DNA of 24,232 nucleotides from an uncultured Deferribacteres bacterium (GTDB lineage Bacteria; Zhuqueibacterota; Zhuqueibacteria; Zhuqueibacterales; Geothermadaptataceae): positions 1 through 24,232 of the forward strand of contig CAXHAT010000123.1 in assembly GCA_964014485.1 (NCBI GenBank), given 5' to 3'. Positions 1 through 8,589 of this stretch are shown here, one piece after another. The notes under the pieces were generated by a model that was given only the letters and a program-made list of their open reading frames with translations, had not been told where the DNA came from and made no database searches. Position 1 is the stretch's first letter. Each line of letters starts with the position of its first letter. Made by a program: the position numbers and the translations under genes.

Positions 1-2
1 CC

Positions 3-809
3 TGGCATTCATTTCGTGACGAAGAGCGTTCAAAATATGTCGGCTTGGCGCTGCCGCGATTTTTGGGGCGTTTGCCTTACGATCCTGAGCAGGAGCCAAC
101 AAAGAATTTCACTTACAGCGAAGGCGTCTATCGCAACGGTAAAGACAACAGCTTATGGTGCGGCGCCTCCTATGCGATGGCGGCAAATATGCTGAAAAGC
201 TTCGAAAAGTGGGGCTGGAGCGTGAAGATTGTCGGCGTTGACACCGGCGGACGCGTTGAAGGCTTGCCTCCAGCCGTCTATGAAGAAGACGGCGAAATCA
301 AGCAGAAAGTGCCGTTGGAAGCGCGCGTCGGCGAACAAAAAGAGTACGAGCTGAGTCGCTTGGGATTTATGTCAATGGCGCACTGGGATCGCACAGACTA
401 CGCTTGCTTTTTTGAAGCGCCTTCCGTACAGCGCGTCAAGAAAATCAAGGAAGCGAAGGAACAGGCTAATCAGGATTTGGGCACGCGTCTGCAGTATACA
501 ATGCTTGTGACGCGCATTGCGCACTATCTCAAGTATCGTCAATTGCGCTTCGTCGGCAGAAATGCCGGCGCTAAGGCGATTGAAAAGGATTTGAGCGATT
601 GGCTAACAAACTTTGTAACTGAGAACCCGGCTCCGTCGGATGAACAGGTAGCGCAGCGTCCGTTGAAATCGTTCAGTCTTGAAGTTACTGAAATGGCCGA
701 AAAACCGGGCTTTTTTCAAGTAAGGGCGCAATTCAAGCCGCACGTCGCCATCGTGGGCATGGATGTCAACCTTCAGTTGGTCGCTTTTCATTCCGACGAG
801 GATGCATAG
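3..809 (+). CDS. tssC: T6SS contractile sheath large subunit TssC/VipB (5'-truncated by window edge)
   Basis: The frame is open from nt 3 and reads WHSFRDEERSKYVGLALPRFLGRLPY, the TssC 'YVGL.LPRFL.RLPY' motif. It also has GGRVEGLP, EYELSRLGF, YACFFEAPSVQ, RIAHYLK, RPLK and a C-terminal KPH motif. It lies directly upstream of hcp. Confidence 0.95.
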   Translation, partial: WHSFRDEERSKYVGLALPRFLGRLPYDPEQEPTKNFTYSEGVYRNGKDNSLWCGASYAMAANMLKSFEKWGWSVKIVGVDTGGRVEGLPPAVYEEDGEIKQKVPLEARVGEQKEYELSRLGFMSMAHWDRTDYACFFEAPSVQRVKKIKEAKEQANQDLGTRLQYTMLVTRIAHYLKYRQLRFVGRNAGAKAIEKDLSDWLTNFVTENPAPSDEQVAQRPLKSFSLEVTEMAEKPGFFQVRAQFKPHVAIVGMDVNLQLVAFHSDEDA

Positions 810-999
810 AAAATTGGGATAGCGCTTGCTGTCTAATTCGATGATTTCAGATGGATGGACGCGCCTTGACCCAATCCAAACAAATTCAAAAAAAAGTGAG
901 ATGCTGCTCCAGGTTTCCTGTCTCTAAAAATATGAGACAAACTCCAGTCTGGAGCACTCTTGGCAACCCGGAAAGATAGAAAAACAAGGAGAACAAATC

Positions 1000-1467
1000 A
1001 TGGCAATGAAAGGAACGTTGCTCGTTAAGAACCACGAAGGCACGGAACTGGAAGGGCCGCGCGCGGATAAAACCAGCTTAATTTTCGAATTCGACCACGA
1101 AGTCTACATGCCCTACGACAAGGAAGAAAACCGCATTCAGGGCTCGCGCCGAATTACCGCGTTTACGCTGACAAAGGACATTGACAAGCTTACGCCGCAG
1201 CTTTACCAAATGACGTGTCTTGGGCAGGAATGTCAGGAAGTAAAAGTTGAACTTTATCGCATTTCTCCGGAAGGCGGCGATGAAGAAGTCTACTTTACCT
1301 ACATTCTCGAAAATGCGAAGATCGTTTCCGTACAAAACTTGATGCCTTCGACCAAGTACGAAGAAAACGAAAACGTCGGCCACCTGGAAAAGGTGAAGTT
1401 TCTCGCAAAGAAATTCACCTGGCAGGCGAAAGACGGCGGCATTGAGTACACCGAAGAATCTTTCTAA
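1000..1467 (+). CDS. hcp: T6SS tube protein Hcp/TssD
   Basis: 155 aa. Motifs FDHEVYMP...GSRR...FTLTKDIDKLTPQLYQ...YFTYILENAKIVSV...HLEKV.F...KFTW. Strong RBS AAGGAG before the ATG. Confidence 0.95.
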   Translation: MAMKGTLLVKNHEGTELEGPRADKTSLIFEFDHEVYMPYDKEENRIQGSRRITAFTLTKDIDKLTPQLYQMTCLGQECQEVKVELYRISPEGGDEEVYFTYILENAKIVSVQNLMPSTKYEENENVGHLEKVKFLAKKFTWQAKDGGIEYTEESF

Positions 1468-1488
1468 CCCGTAATCTCCTCTCTCCAG

Positions 1489-1523
1489 TCATCCGTCGGG
1501 CGACCGGCGGATGATTTTTGTTT
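1489..1523 (+). terminator. Rho-independent terminator after hcp
   Basis: 11-bp stem TCATCCGTCGG/CCGGCGGATGA (one G-U pair), GCGA (GNRA) loop, followed by TTTTTGTTT. Confidence 0.85.
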
Positions 1524-1737
1524 GCTGCGACGCTTTTCTCAAATGCCATTCAGGAAAGCCAAAAAGCCGCCGAAGCAAAATCTTTTTGAGTCGCAAGTAC
1601 AGATTCGGAGTGCGACGATTCATCCTCGCCAGCGACGGCAAACCACATGCAAATGCTGAAGCGTTTGACTCCGAAGTTGTTACCCGATCAAGGCCGAAAG
1701 TGCGCTTGAATAATTACCCAACGCATCTTGCAACCTA

Positions 1738-2193
1738 ATGGAAAACCTGAGCTTATACGACGTTCTGGTTGGCGGATTTCGCGGCGACGATCTTGATGAA
1801 GATCAATTCGCAAAATTCAAGACGATGGACGATGAAGAGAAGCTCCGAACAAGTATTTCGGATAATCTCAAAATGATTCTGCAAACAAGGCAAGGATCAG
1901 TCGCCCATCTGCCGGATTATGGCCTGCCGGATGTGCTGCAAGTTTATTTTGAGCACAATGAGTCCATGGAGCCGCTCAAAAAACTCATCCGCGACATTAT
2001 TCTCAAATACGAGCCAAGAATCGCCGACGTGCGCATTCGCAAGCATGAGTTCGACCAGAACAACATGCGGATCAAATTCCACATTCGCGCAAAAATCAAA
2101 GCCGAAGACGGCAGTGAAAGACCCGAATTTCTTTTTACGGAATTCTCTTCTTCCGGCCCGACCGAAGTGCTCTTAGGAAAGCAGGAATCATGA
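1738..2193 (+). CDS. tssE: T6SS baseplate gp25-like subunit TssE
   Basis: SISDNLKMILQTRQGS...LPDYGLPD...ILKYEPRI is the TssE signature. ATGA overlap with tssF. Confidence 0.93.
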   Translation: MENLSLYDVLVGGFRGDDLDEDQFAKFKTMDDEEKLRTSISDNLKMILQTRQGSVAHLPDYGLPDVLQVYFEHNESMEPLKKLIRDIILKYEPRIADVRIRKHEFDQNNMRIKFHIRAKIKAEDGSERPEFLFTEFSSSGPTEVLLGKQES

Positions 2194-4043
2194 AAATTAG
2201 CGAATATTTCGACAGCGAATACAATTTTTTACAAACCGCCGGTGAAGAGTTCGCCGAACGGTTTCCCGAACGCGGAAAATTTCTGCGGCTCAGCGACAGG
2301 GACAGAAAAGACCCTTTTGTTGAGCGCTTGTTTGAAGGGTTTTCATTTCTCGCCGGGCGCATTCATGAACGCTTGGATAATGACTTTCCCGAACTGGCGG
2401 AAGGTCTGCTTGAACAGCTTTTCCCGCACATGCTGCGCCCGTTCCCTTCCTGCTCGATTGTTTCCACGAAATACAGACCCGGCGCACTGACCCAACCAGT
2501 GACCGTGCCGCGCGGCAGCGAAATTCGCTCTGGATTGGGAAAAATTACCTACAAGGCTCCGGCGGGTCCCGGCGAGCAGCGACGAACCGTTGAAAAGGAA
2601 GAAGTCGCCGAATTCATTTTCAGAACAACGAGCGATCTGACCATCAGGCCGATGCAACTCAAGGGCGTGCATGTTGAAGACGCCGGCGATGGCAAGAACG
2701 CGCTTATTTTCAGATTTCAGCCTGAGCGAAACGTACCGTACGAAACGCTGGATTTGAAGACGCTTTCCTTCTTTCTCGACGGCCCCGATGCGATGAAATT
2801 TAACCTTTTGCATTGCCTGACAGATCAATCGCATAAACAGGCTATTTCCGTACGCGAGCTCAATGCTCCGGATTCTGAGTTTAAAAAACTTCCGGATTGT
2901 AAAATAGGAATTAGCGCACTTTCGCCGGAACTGAATTCCAGCGAAAAAAACTCTGCAATTGTACCGTTTGCGCAGCAATCCTTCGACGGCTATCGTTTAC
3001 TCCACGAATATTTTTCCTTTCCCGAACGCTTCTTTTTCGTCGAAATCGAAGGTCTCGACCGATTCGAAGATTCCGGCGAAGGACATGCGTTTGAAGTGAA
3101 AATCGAGTTCAACCGTCACTTGGCGCGCGAGCATCATCCAGGCACGCAGAATATTCTTTTACACTGTGCGCCAATCGTGAATTTATTTGATTCAACCACG
3201 GAAGCGAGCATCAACCAGCGTATGCCGGAGTATAACATCATTCCCGACGTGACGAGACGCAATTCGCGGGAAATCTACTCGGTCGAAGGGGTGACCGGAT
3301 TAACCGAAAACGGCGTGGAAAAATATTTTTATACGCCGGTGACTTCAACGGAAATTCTCGATTCGCGTGATCCGAATTATAATTATCGCCGGTTTTACTC
3401 CGTCATTCGACGCGCAGAGCCGAAGAAGCTAGCTTCCACGTCACTGCGATTTTTCGGCACAAGCCTGGAGGACGAAGTTCTGGAGAAAGAGCTGCTCAGT
3501 GTAAAAGTGGCATTGTCCAACGGCAATTTACCCTGTACGCAGCTTGACGTCGGGACGATAAAAAATCCGCAAGGTTTTCCGCCCGGCGTGCAAGCGAGCA
3601 ACATTAGTGTGCCGACCGAAGCGCTGGAATGTCCAGAAAAGAAAAACTTTCTTTGGCATCTGATAGCCCACCTGAATTTAAGCTACTCAACGCTGGCCGA
3701 AAAAGAGACGCTGCAAAAAATCCTGCGTCTCTACAACTGGGCTCCGCGCACTCGCAACCCGAACAAAAAACGCATCGACGCGATTACGAAAGTTCATCCG
3801 ATTAAGCCGAAAAGCGTCATGCGCAACCGCGTTTTATTGCGCGGCATAGAATTTCATATTGAGATTGATCAGGCCGGATTTAACAACGGCGCCGGGGACG
3901 TGTTTTTGTTTGGGACGGTGCTGCACCGATTCCTGTCACAATATGTAACGATCAATTCGTTTGTCTTTCTCAAGATCACGGACAGCGGCTCCGAAAAGGA
4001 ATACACATGGGAACCGACGCTCGGCAAAATCTCGCCCATCTGA
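2190..4043 (+). CDS. tssF: T6SS baseplate subunit TssF
   Basis: 617 aa. YFDSEYNFL..GEEFAERFP, DPFVERLFEGFSFL, PHMLRPFPS, GYRLLHEYFSFPERF, LHCAPIVNLF, LWHLIAHLNLSY, FGTVLHRFLSQYVTINSF. Confidence 0.96.
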   Translation: MKISEYFDSEYNFLQTAGEEFAERFPERGKFLRLSDRDRKDPFVERLFEGFSFLAGRIHERLDNDFPELAEGLLEQLFPHMLRPFPSCSIVSTKYRPGALTQPVTVPRGSEIRSGLGKITYKAPAGPGEQRRTVEKEEVAEFIFRTTSDLTIRPMQLKGVHVEDAGDGKNALIFRFQPERNVPYETLDLKTLSFFLDGPDAMKFNLLHCLTDQSHKQAISVRELNAPDSEFKKLPDCKIGISALSPELNSSEKNSAIVPFAQQSFDGYRLLHEYFSFPERFFFVEIEGLDRFEDSGEGHAFEVKIEFNRHLAREHHPGTQNILLHCAPIVNLFDSTTEASINQRMPEYNIIPDVTRRNSREIYSVEGVTGLTENGVEKYFYTPVTSTEILDSRDPNYNYRRFYSVIRRAEPKKLASTSLRFFGTSLEDEVLEKELLSVKVALSNGNLPCTQLDVGTIKNPQGFPPGVQASNISVPTEALECPEKKNFLWHLIAHLNLSYSTLAEKETLQKILRLYNWAPRTRNPNKKRIDAITKVHPIKPKSVMRNRVLLRGIEFHIEIDQAGFNNGAGDVFLFGTVLHRFLSQYVTINSFVFLKITDSGSEKEYTWEPTLGKISPI

Positions 4044-5044
4044 TCGACGACCTGACGCAGGACGGCCCCAATTTTAACGTCTTTCAGGCGGTGCGCCTCA
4101 GCGAGATGCTTAGCAAATCGATGCATCCGCTGCGCAAGGACTTTTTGTTTGCGCAAGACGGACTGCATTTTCGCCCGCACGAATTTTACGGTTATCCGCC
4201 AAAAGACATCCGCGACATTGCTTTCGACAAAAAGGAAAATACGTTCAATTTCGTACTGAATTTCATGGGGTTGTATGGAATCAACGCCCCGCTTCCTTTT
4301 TGTTATCATGAAGAAGTCGCGTTGCAGCAAAACGTTCGCGGCCCCGGCAATGTCGCTTTGCAGGAATTCCTCGACATTTTCAACAACCGTCTCTACTGGT
4401 TTTACTACCAAGCGTGGAAAAAATACCGTTACCAATTTAACCTGCACGAAGATTCGGAATCCGGCGTGCGCGACCGCGTTTTTGCCTTCATCGGGCGCGG
4501 GCCATTGGCGGAGCGTAAGGATGAAGCAGTCCCGGCGATCAAACTGTTGCAATTTTCAGGAATTCTAAGTTTGCGCGTTCGCAGCAAGGCAGGGCTTTTG
4601 GTGCTATTGAGAAACATGTTTCCCAGATTCGATGTCGAGGTCAACGAATTCGTGCCGCAGCGCATTAAAATTTCCGAGCGGCCGGTCATGGGCGGGAAAA
4701 ACGGCGGAGCAACACACCGTTTGGGCGACACCAGTTTTCTGGGCTCAACAATGGTCGATTACTCCAGCCGCATTCAAATCGTCATCGGCCCGATCAGTTT
4801 TGAAGAATATTTGCAGTTTACCCCCGAAGGCGAGAACGCTCGCATTCTGCGCGAGCTATTGGCGCTTTACCTGAACGATGGCTTGACTTACAACGTCAAG
4901 TTCCTGATCAAATCCGAAACCATCGCCAAAATTTCCTGGAATGATCGACGTCTCAAACTCGGCTCGACAGTTTGGCTGGGGCGACCAAAAATGAAATTTG
5001 CAGGCGTTGAATACAGGTTCGAAAAATACACGGGAGCTAACTAA
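4007..5044 (+). CDS. tssG: T6SS baseplate subunit TssG
   Basis: 345 aa. FNVFQAVRL, NFMGLYGINAPLP, FLDIFNNRL..FYYQAWKKYR, IGPISFEEY..F.P, LGSTVWLG. Overlaps the 3' end of tssF by 37 nt, as is common for tssFG. Confidence 0.95.
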   Translation: MGTDARQNLAHLIDDLTQDGPNFNVFQAVRLSEMLSKSMHPLRKDFLFAQDGLHFRPHEFYGYPPKDIRDIAFDKKENTFNFVLNFMGLYGINAPLPFCYHEEVALQQNVRGPGNVALQEFLDIFNNRLYWFYYQAWKKYRYQFNLHEDSESGVRDRVFAFIGRGPLAERKDEAVPAIKLLQFSGILSLRVRSKAGLLVLLRNMFPRFDVEVNEFVPQRIKISERPVMGGKNGGATHRLGDTSFLGSTMVDYSSRIQIVIGPISFEEYLQFTPEGENARILRELLALYLNDGLTYNVKFLIKSETIAKISWNDRRLKLGSTVWLGRPKMKFAGVEYRFEKYTGAN

Positions 5045-5469
5045 AGCTCATGGAAAGGGTTTATGACCGTCATGCTCTCAATCTTTTGATTGTGCTGTAA
5101 GTCTTCAGAATAAAGATAGCGGCAATCCGCCTGAAGAGCCGCAGCTACGATTAGGGAATCATAAAATGAAAATCGCCATCGCTCCAAGACGTCCAGGGCC
5201 CGAGAGTAAAGTTCTATACTCACGAAAACCTGGCAAAGGGGCGAGAGAATCAATTTCAGATATTTTTCACAGTCTGTTGTTGAAAGAGGGACTGCGAATT
5301 TTCGGGTGGCAACGTTCATGAATTCCTGAACGACCTGAGAACTTATGCAGCCGTTTTTATTTTTGAATGCGGACTTTATTAATTCATTTGCTTTTTGCCG
5401 TTTTGCATGTTCGGCGGACTCGAAGGTATAGACAAAAATATTCGTGTCAATGAAGAATTTATCGCTCAT
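5041..5469 (-). CDS. vapC: PIN-domain ribonuclease toxin (VapC-like)
   Basis: FFIDTNIFVY, SSQVVQEF, FSFYDSLIVAAA and LYSEDL supply the acidic PIN residues D/E/D/D. 142 aa. Overlaps the upstream antitoxin gene. Confidence 0.92.
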   Translation of the reverse strand: MSDKFFIDTNIFVYTFESAEHAKRQKANELIKSAFKNKNGCISSQVVQEFMNVATRKFAVPLSTTDCEKYLKLILSPLCQVFVSIELYSRALDVLERWRFSFYDSLIVAAALQADCRYLYSEDLQHNQKIESMTVINPFHEL

Positions 5470-5680
5470 TCATTTCGTCCCTTGAAAATGTTTTGCCGGG
5501 CTTGGCATAGCTCAGGGATTGCATTAGATGATCATATTCTTTCAAAGTACGGTCAGCGCTAACATACTGTTCTAGCCATTCCCTGAACGTTGCATTAAGG
5601 GTAGTGCGCTCTTGTCGAGCCTTCTCTCTCGCCTTGTAAATAAGTTGTTCTTCTGCGCTTAGGGTGATGTTTTTGAGCAT
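5459..5680 (-). CDS. Ribbon-helix-helix antitoxin (VapB-like), 73 aa
   Basis: Start moved to the ATG at 5680, which is preceded by AGGAATCATT. MLKNITLSAEEQLIYKAREKARQERTTLNATFREWLEQY fits an RHH fold. It ends in FSRDEMNER and overlaps the vapC start. Confidence 0.85.
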   Translation of the reverse strand: MLKNITLSAEEQLIYKAREKARQERTTLNATFREWLEQYVSADRTLKEYDHLMQSLSYAKPGKTFSRDEMNER

Positions 5681-5696
5681 AATGATTCCTATGAAT

Positions 5697-5746
5697 GTGT
5701 ACACTGTTGTAGTGTGAAAAATATATAAGCACGACTCAGTTGTCAA
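5697..5746 (-). promoter_or_regulatory. Sigma70-type promoter and palindromic operator of the TA operon
   Basis: On the minus strand: TTGACA (5746-5741), 17 nt spacer, TATTTT (5723-5718). Between the -10 and the RBS lie a palindrome GTGTACAC (5697-5704) and an inverted repeat ACACT-N5-AGTGT (5701-5715). Confidence 0.65.
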
Positions 5747-5831
5747 GAGAAAATATATACAGAACCTTGAGTGTGTGAACTTGTTGATCGTTACTAGTCG
5801 TAGCCTGTAGCTTTCTTAAGGATTTTCAAAA

Positions 5832-8438
5832 ATGAACAGCAAAGACCTCCGATCTCTTTTACAGAAACTGAATCATTACATCGTTCGAAATCTGGACACG
5901 GCGACCGGTCTTGGCATCAAGCGTGAGCATTACGAAATCGGTATGGAGCATTTGCTCATCGCTCTTTTACAAGACGGCCAAGGCGACGTCCCGGCGATTT
6001 TGCGCAATTACGACGTTGACGCCGCCGACGTGCAGCGTGCTTGCCTGAGAAATATAGAAGAAATGAAAAGCGGCAACCCCGGCAAACCGCGCCTCTCCCC
6101 GCTTTTGACCGACATGCTGGAAAAAGCATGGATCGCCAGTTCCGTGCAACAGCGGGAGGCCAAGATTCGCTCCGGGGCATTGTTCTCGGTATTTATTGCC
6201 TCGGAACAGGTGATCAGTTCCGGGATGATGGACTTGTTTTCGCCAATCAATCAGGAAGACTTGCAATCGAATTTCTATGAAATCGTCGCCGGTTCCTGCG
6301 AAGGCGCAAGCTCGGCGGCGGATGATCTGCCGCAAGAAACCGCCAGCGCCATCCCGCAAGGCGGCAGCGTGCTCGATCTCTACGCGATGAACTTGACGCA
6401 ACAAGCCAAAGACGGCAAAATCGACCCGATTCTTGGGCGCGACGATGAAATCATTCAAATGATCGAAATTCTCAGTCGCCGTAAAAAGTCGAATCCAATT
6501 GTTTTGGGCGAACCGGGCGTGGGCAAGACTGCGCTGGTGGAAGGCTTGGCGTTAAAAGTCGCGGCGGACGAAGTGCCGGACATTCTCAAGAATGTCCAAA
6601 TTCACGCGCTTGATCTTGGCGCGCTGCAGGCCGGAACCAAGATGCGCGGCGAATTCGAAAAACGTTTGAAAGCGGTGATCAACGAAGTCACGGCTTCACC
6701 AAAAGCGATTATTCTATTTATCGACGAAGTCCACACGCTCATCGGGGCCGGCGCTTCCCAGGGCGGCGGCGATGCGGCGAATCTTCTGAAGCCTGCCCTG
6801 GCGCGCGGCGAGTTTCGCGCGATTGCAGCTACGACCTACCTCGAGTACAATAAATATTTTGCCAAAGACGCAGCGCTCGAACGCCGCTTTCAGCCCATTC
6901 ATGTCGGCGAGCCGGAAGACGACAAGGCCATGCTGATGCTGCGCGGCATTAAAAAGAGCTACGAAAAATATCACGGTATCCACGTCACCGATGAAGCGGT
7001 CGAAGCATCGGTAAGACTCTCACGCAAGTACATCGCCGGACGGCAACTACCGGACAAAGCCGTTGACTTGCTCGACACTTCCGCCACGCGCGTGAAAATG
7101 TCGATGACCAGCAAGCCGCCAAGCCTGGAATTGCGCGGCAGCCGTCTGAGAGCCGTCGATCTCGAAATTCAATCTCTGGAGAAAGACAAGTCGCTGCATG
7201 TTGACGAACACCAGGAAGCGCTGGAAAAATTGCAAGCGGAAAAATCGGCGTTGGAAACCGAAATCGCCGAAAAAGAAGAACGCTGGCAGAAAGAGTGTGA
7301 CTCGATCAAGAACCTGATGAACCTGCGCAAACAGAAACTCAGCGACGCGGAATCGAACGGCGTCGATTCGGAAATTCAAAAGGTCAAAACGGAACTGCGC
7401 GAATTGCAGGGCGAGAATCCGCAAGTTTTCGCAGACGTTACAAGCACCACCGTCGCCGAAGTGATCGAATCCTGGACCGGCGTGCCGGTTGGGCGCATGA
7501 CACAAGACGAGATGGAGTCGGTGCTGCAAATCGAAAAATCCCTGCAGCAGCGCGTCGTCGGACAAGATCACGCCATCAAACAAATCGCGGACGTGATTCG
7601 CGGCTCAAAAGTCGGCATGAATAAGGAAGACGCGCCCATCGGCGTATTTCTGCTGGTCGGGCCGAGCGGCGTTGGTAAAACCGAACTTGCGCGCGCGGTC
7701 GCCGAAGCGCTATTTGGCGACGAGCGTTTTATGATTACGCTCAACATGACGGAATATCAAAACGAATACAACACCTCGCGGCTCATCGGCGCCGATCCCG
7801 GCTTGGTCGGCTATGGCGAAGGCGGGGCTCTGAGCGAACCGGTGCGACGCAGGCCGTACAGCGTGGTTCTGCTCGACGAAATCGAGAAAGCCAATTCGTC
7901 GGTGATCGATCTTTTTATGCAGGTTTTTGATCGCGGCATGCTGCAAGACTCGGATCGCCGCCAGATCGATTTTACCAACACAATCATTTTCATGACTTCG
8001 AATTTTGCTTCGGAAATCATTTTTGAGTCTTACAACAAGGGCGAATCCGATCCGGACAAACTGCTCGAAGTTTTGCGACCGTATTTGACGCAAGGCTTCC
8101 GCCCCGAATTTCTCGGCAGGCTCAAGCCGATCGTTTTCTTGCCGTTGGCCGAGGATGTGATGAAAATGATCACTGAACTGAAACTGGGCAAACTCACGGC
8201 GCGGCTCAAGCGCAACCAGAACATCGACGTTGAATATTCGAAATCGGTCGTCGAGCAAATCACCGCTTCCTGCACCGCCGCGGAAACGGGCGCGCGTAAC
8301 ATCGACGCAATTATCGACCGCACCCTGACCCCGGAAATCTCCGCCCAACTGCTCGGCTACATGGCCGAGGGCAAATCGCCAACCAAGCTCAAAGTCACTA
8401 AAACCAAAGCCGGCGATTTCAGTTACAAGTTTTCTTGA
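5832..8438 (+). CDS. tssH: T6SS AAA+ ATPase ClpV/TssH
   Basis: 868 aa with two NBDs (GEPGVGKT/FIDEVH and GPSGVGKT/LLDEIEKA). ClpV-type N-terminus (LQKLN...HYEIGMEHLL) and ETGARNIDAI. Located in a T6SS cluster. Confidence 0.95.
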   Translation: MNSKDLRSLLQKLNHYIVRNLDTATGLGIKREHYEIGMEHLLIALLQDGQGDVPAILRNYDVDAADVQRACLRNIEEMKSGNPGKPRLSPLLTDMLEKAWIASSVQQREAKIRSGALFSVFIASEQVISSGMMDLFSPINQEDLQSNFYEIVAGSCEGASSAADDLPQETASAIPQGGSVLDLYAMNLTQQAKDGKIDPILGRDDEIIQMIEILSRRKKSNPIVLGEPGVGKTALVEGLALKVAADEVPDILKNVQIHALDLGALQAGTKMRGEFEKRLKAVINEVTASPKAIILFIDEVHTLIGAGASQGGGDAANLLKPALARGEFRAIAATTYLEYNKYFAKDAALERRFQPIHVGEPEDDKAMLMLRGIKKSYEKYHGIHVTDEAVEASVRLSRKYIAGRQLPDKAVDLLDTSATRVKMSMTSKPPSLELRGSRLRAVDLEIQSLEKDKSLHVDEHQEALEKLQAEKSALETEIAEKEERWQKECDSIKNLMNLRKQKLSDAESNGVDSEIQKVKTELRELQGENPQVFADVTSTTVAEVIESWTGVPVGRMTQDEMESVLQIEKSLQQRVVGQDHAIKQIADVIRGSKVGMNKEDAPIGVFLLVGPSGVGKTELARAVAEALFGDERFMITLNMTEYQNEYNTSRLIGADPGLVGYGEGGALSEPVRRRPYSVVLLDEIEKANSSVIDLFMQVFDRGMLQDSDRRQIDFTNTIIFMTSNFASEIIFESYNKGESDPDKLLEVLRPYLTQGFRPEFLGRLKPIVFLPLAEDVMKMITELKLGKLTARLKRNQNIDVEYSKSVVEQITASCTAAETGARNIDAIIDRTLTPEISAQLLGYMAEGKSPTKLKVTKTKAGDFSYKFS

Positions 8439-8589
8439 TTTTTTGACTGCGGACGGATTGCAAATTTCAGTGACCTCAATTGCATACTTGGGTTAAGCAG
8501 CGAAAAATCCTTGTGCTCCAAACCAGTGCTGCGACGGCTCTCGCTTGAGCCTTTAAACGCAAGTTTCATAAGATTTTACATATTCCAGT

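Noticed and set aside
45..47. TTG start for tssC in the ORF track
   Set aside because: The frame is open from nt 3 with conserved TssC residues, so the gene begins upstream of the window.
1637..1680. GGCAAACC followed by a CAT-GCAA-ATG hairpin, resembling the start of a c-di-GMP-I riboswitch
   Set aside because: The required downstream GGGACGCAAA/P3 elements are absent.
1511..1738. 75-aa ORF between hcp and tssE
   Set aside because: It starts inside the terminator stem, has no RBS and shows no recognisable motif.
5681..5746. N-terminal extension of the antitoxin from TTG 5746
   Set aside because: That TTG is part of the TTGACA -35 box. ATG 5680 has an RBS and begins the RHH strand.
5832..8438. 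Housekeeping clpB
   Set aside because: The ClpV-type N-domain, shorter middle domain, non-aromatic D1 loop and T6SS context indicate tssH.
8536..8554. GGCTC-N6-GAGCC-TTT hairpin before vgrG1
   Set aside because: Only a 5-bp stem and 3 T, too weak to call a terminator.
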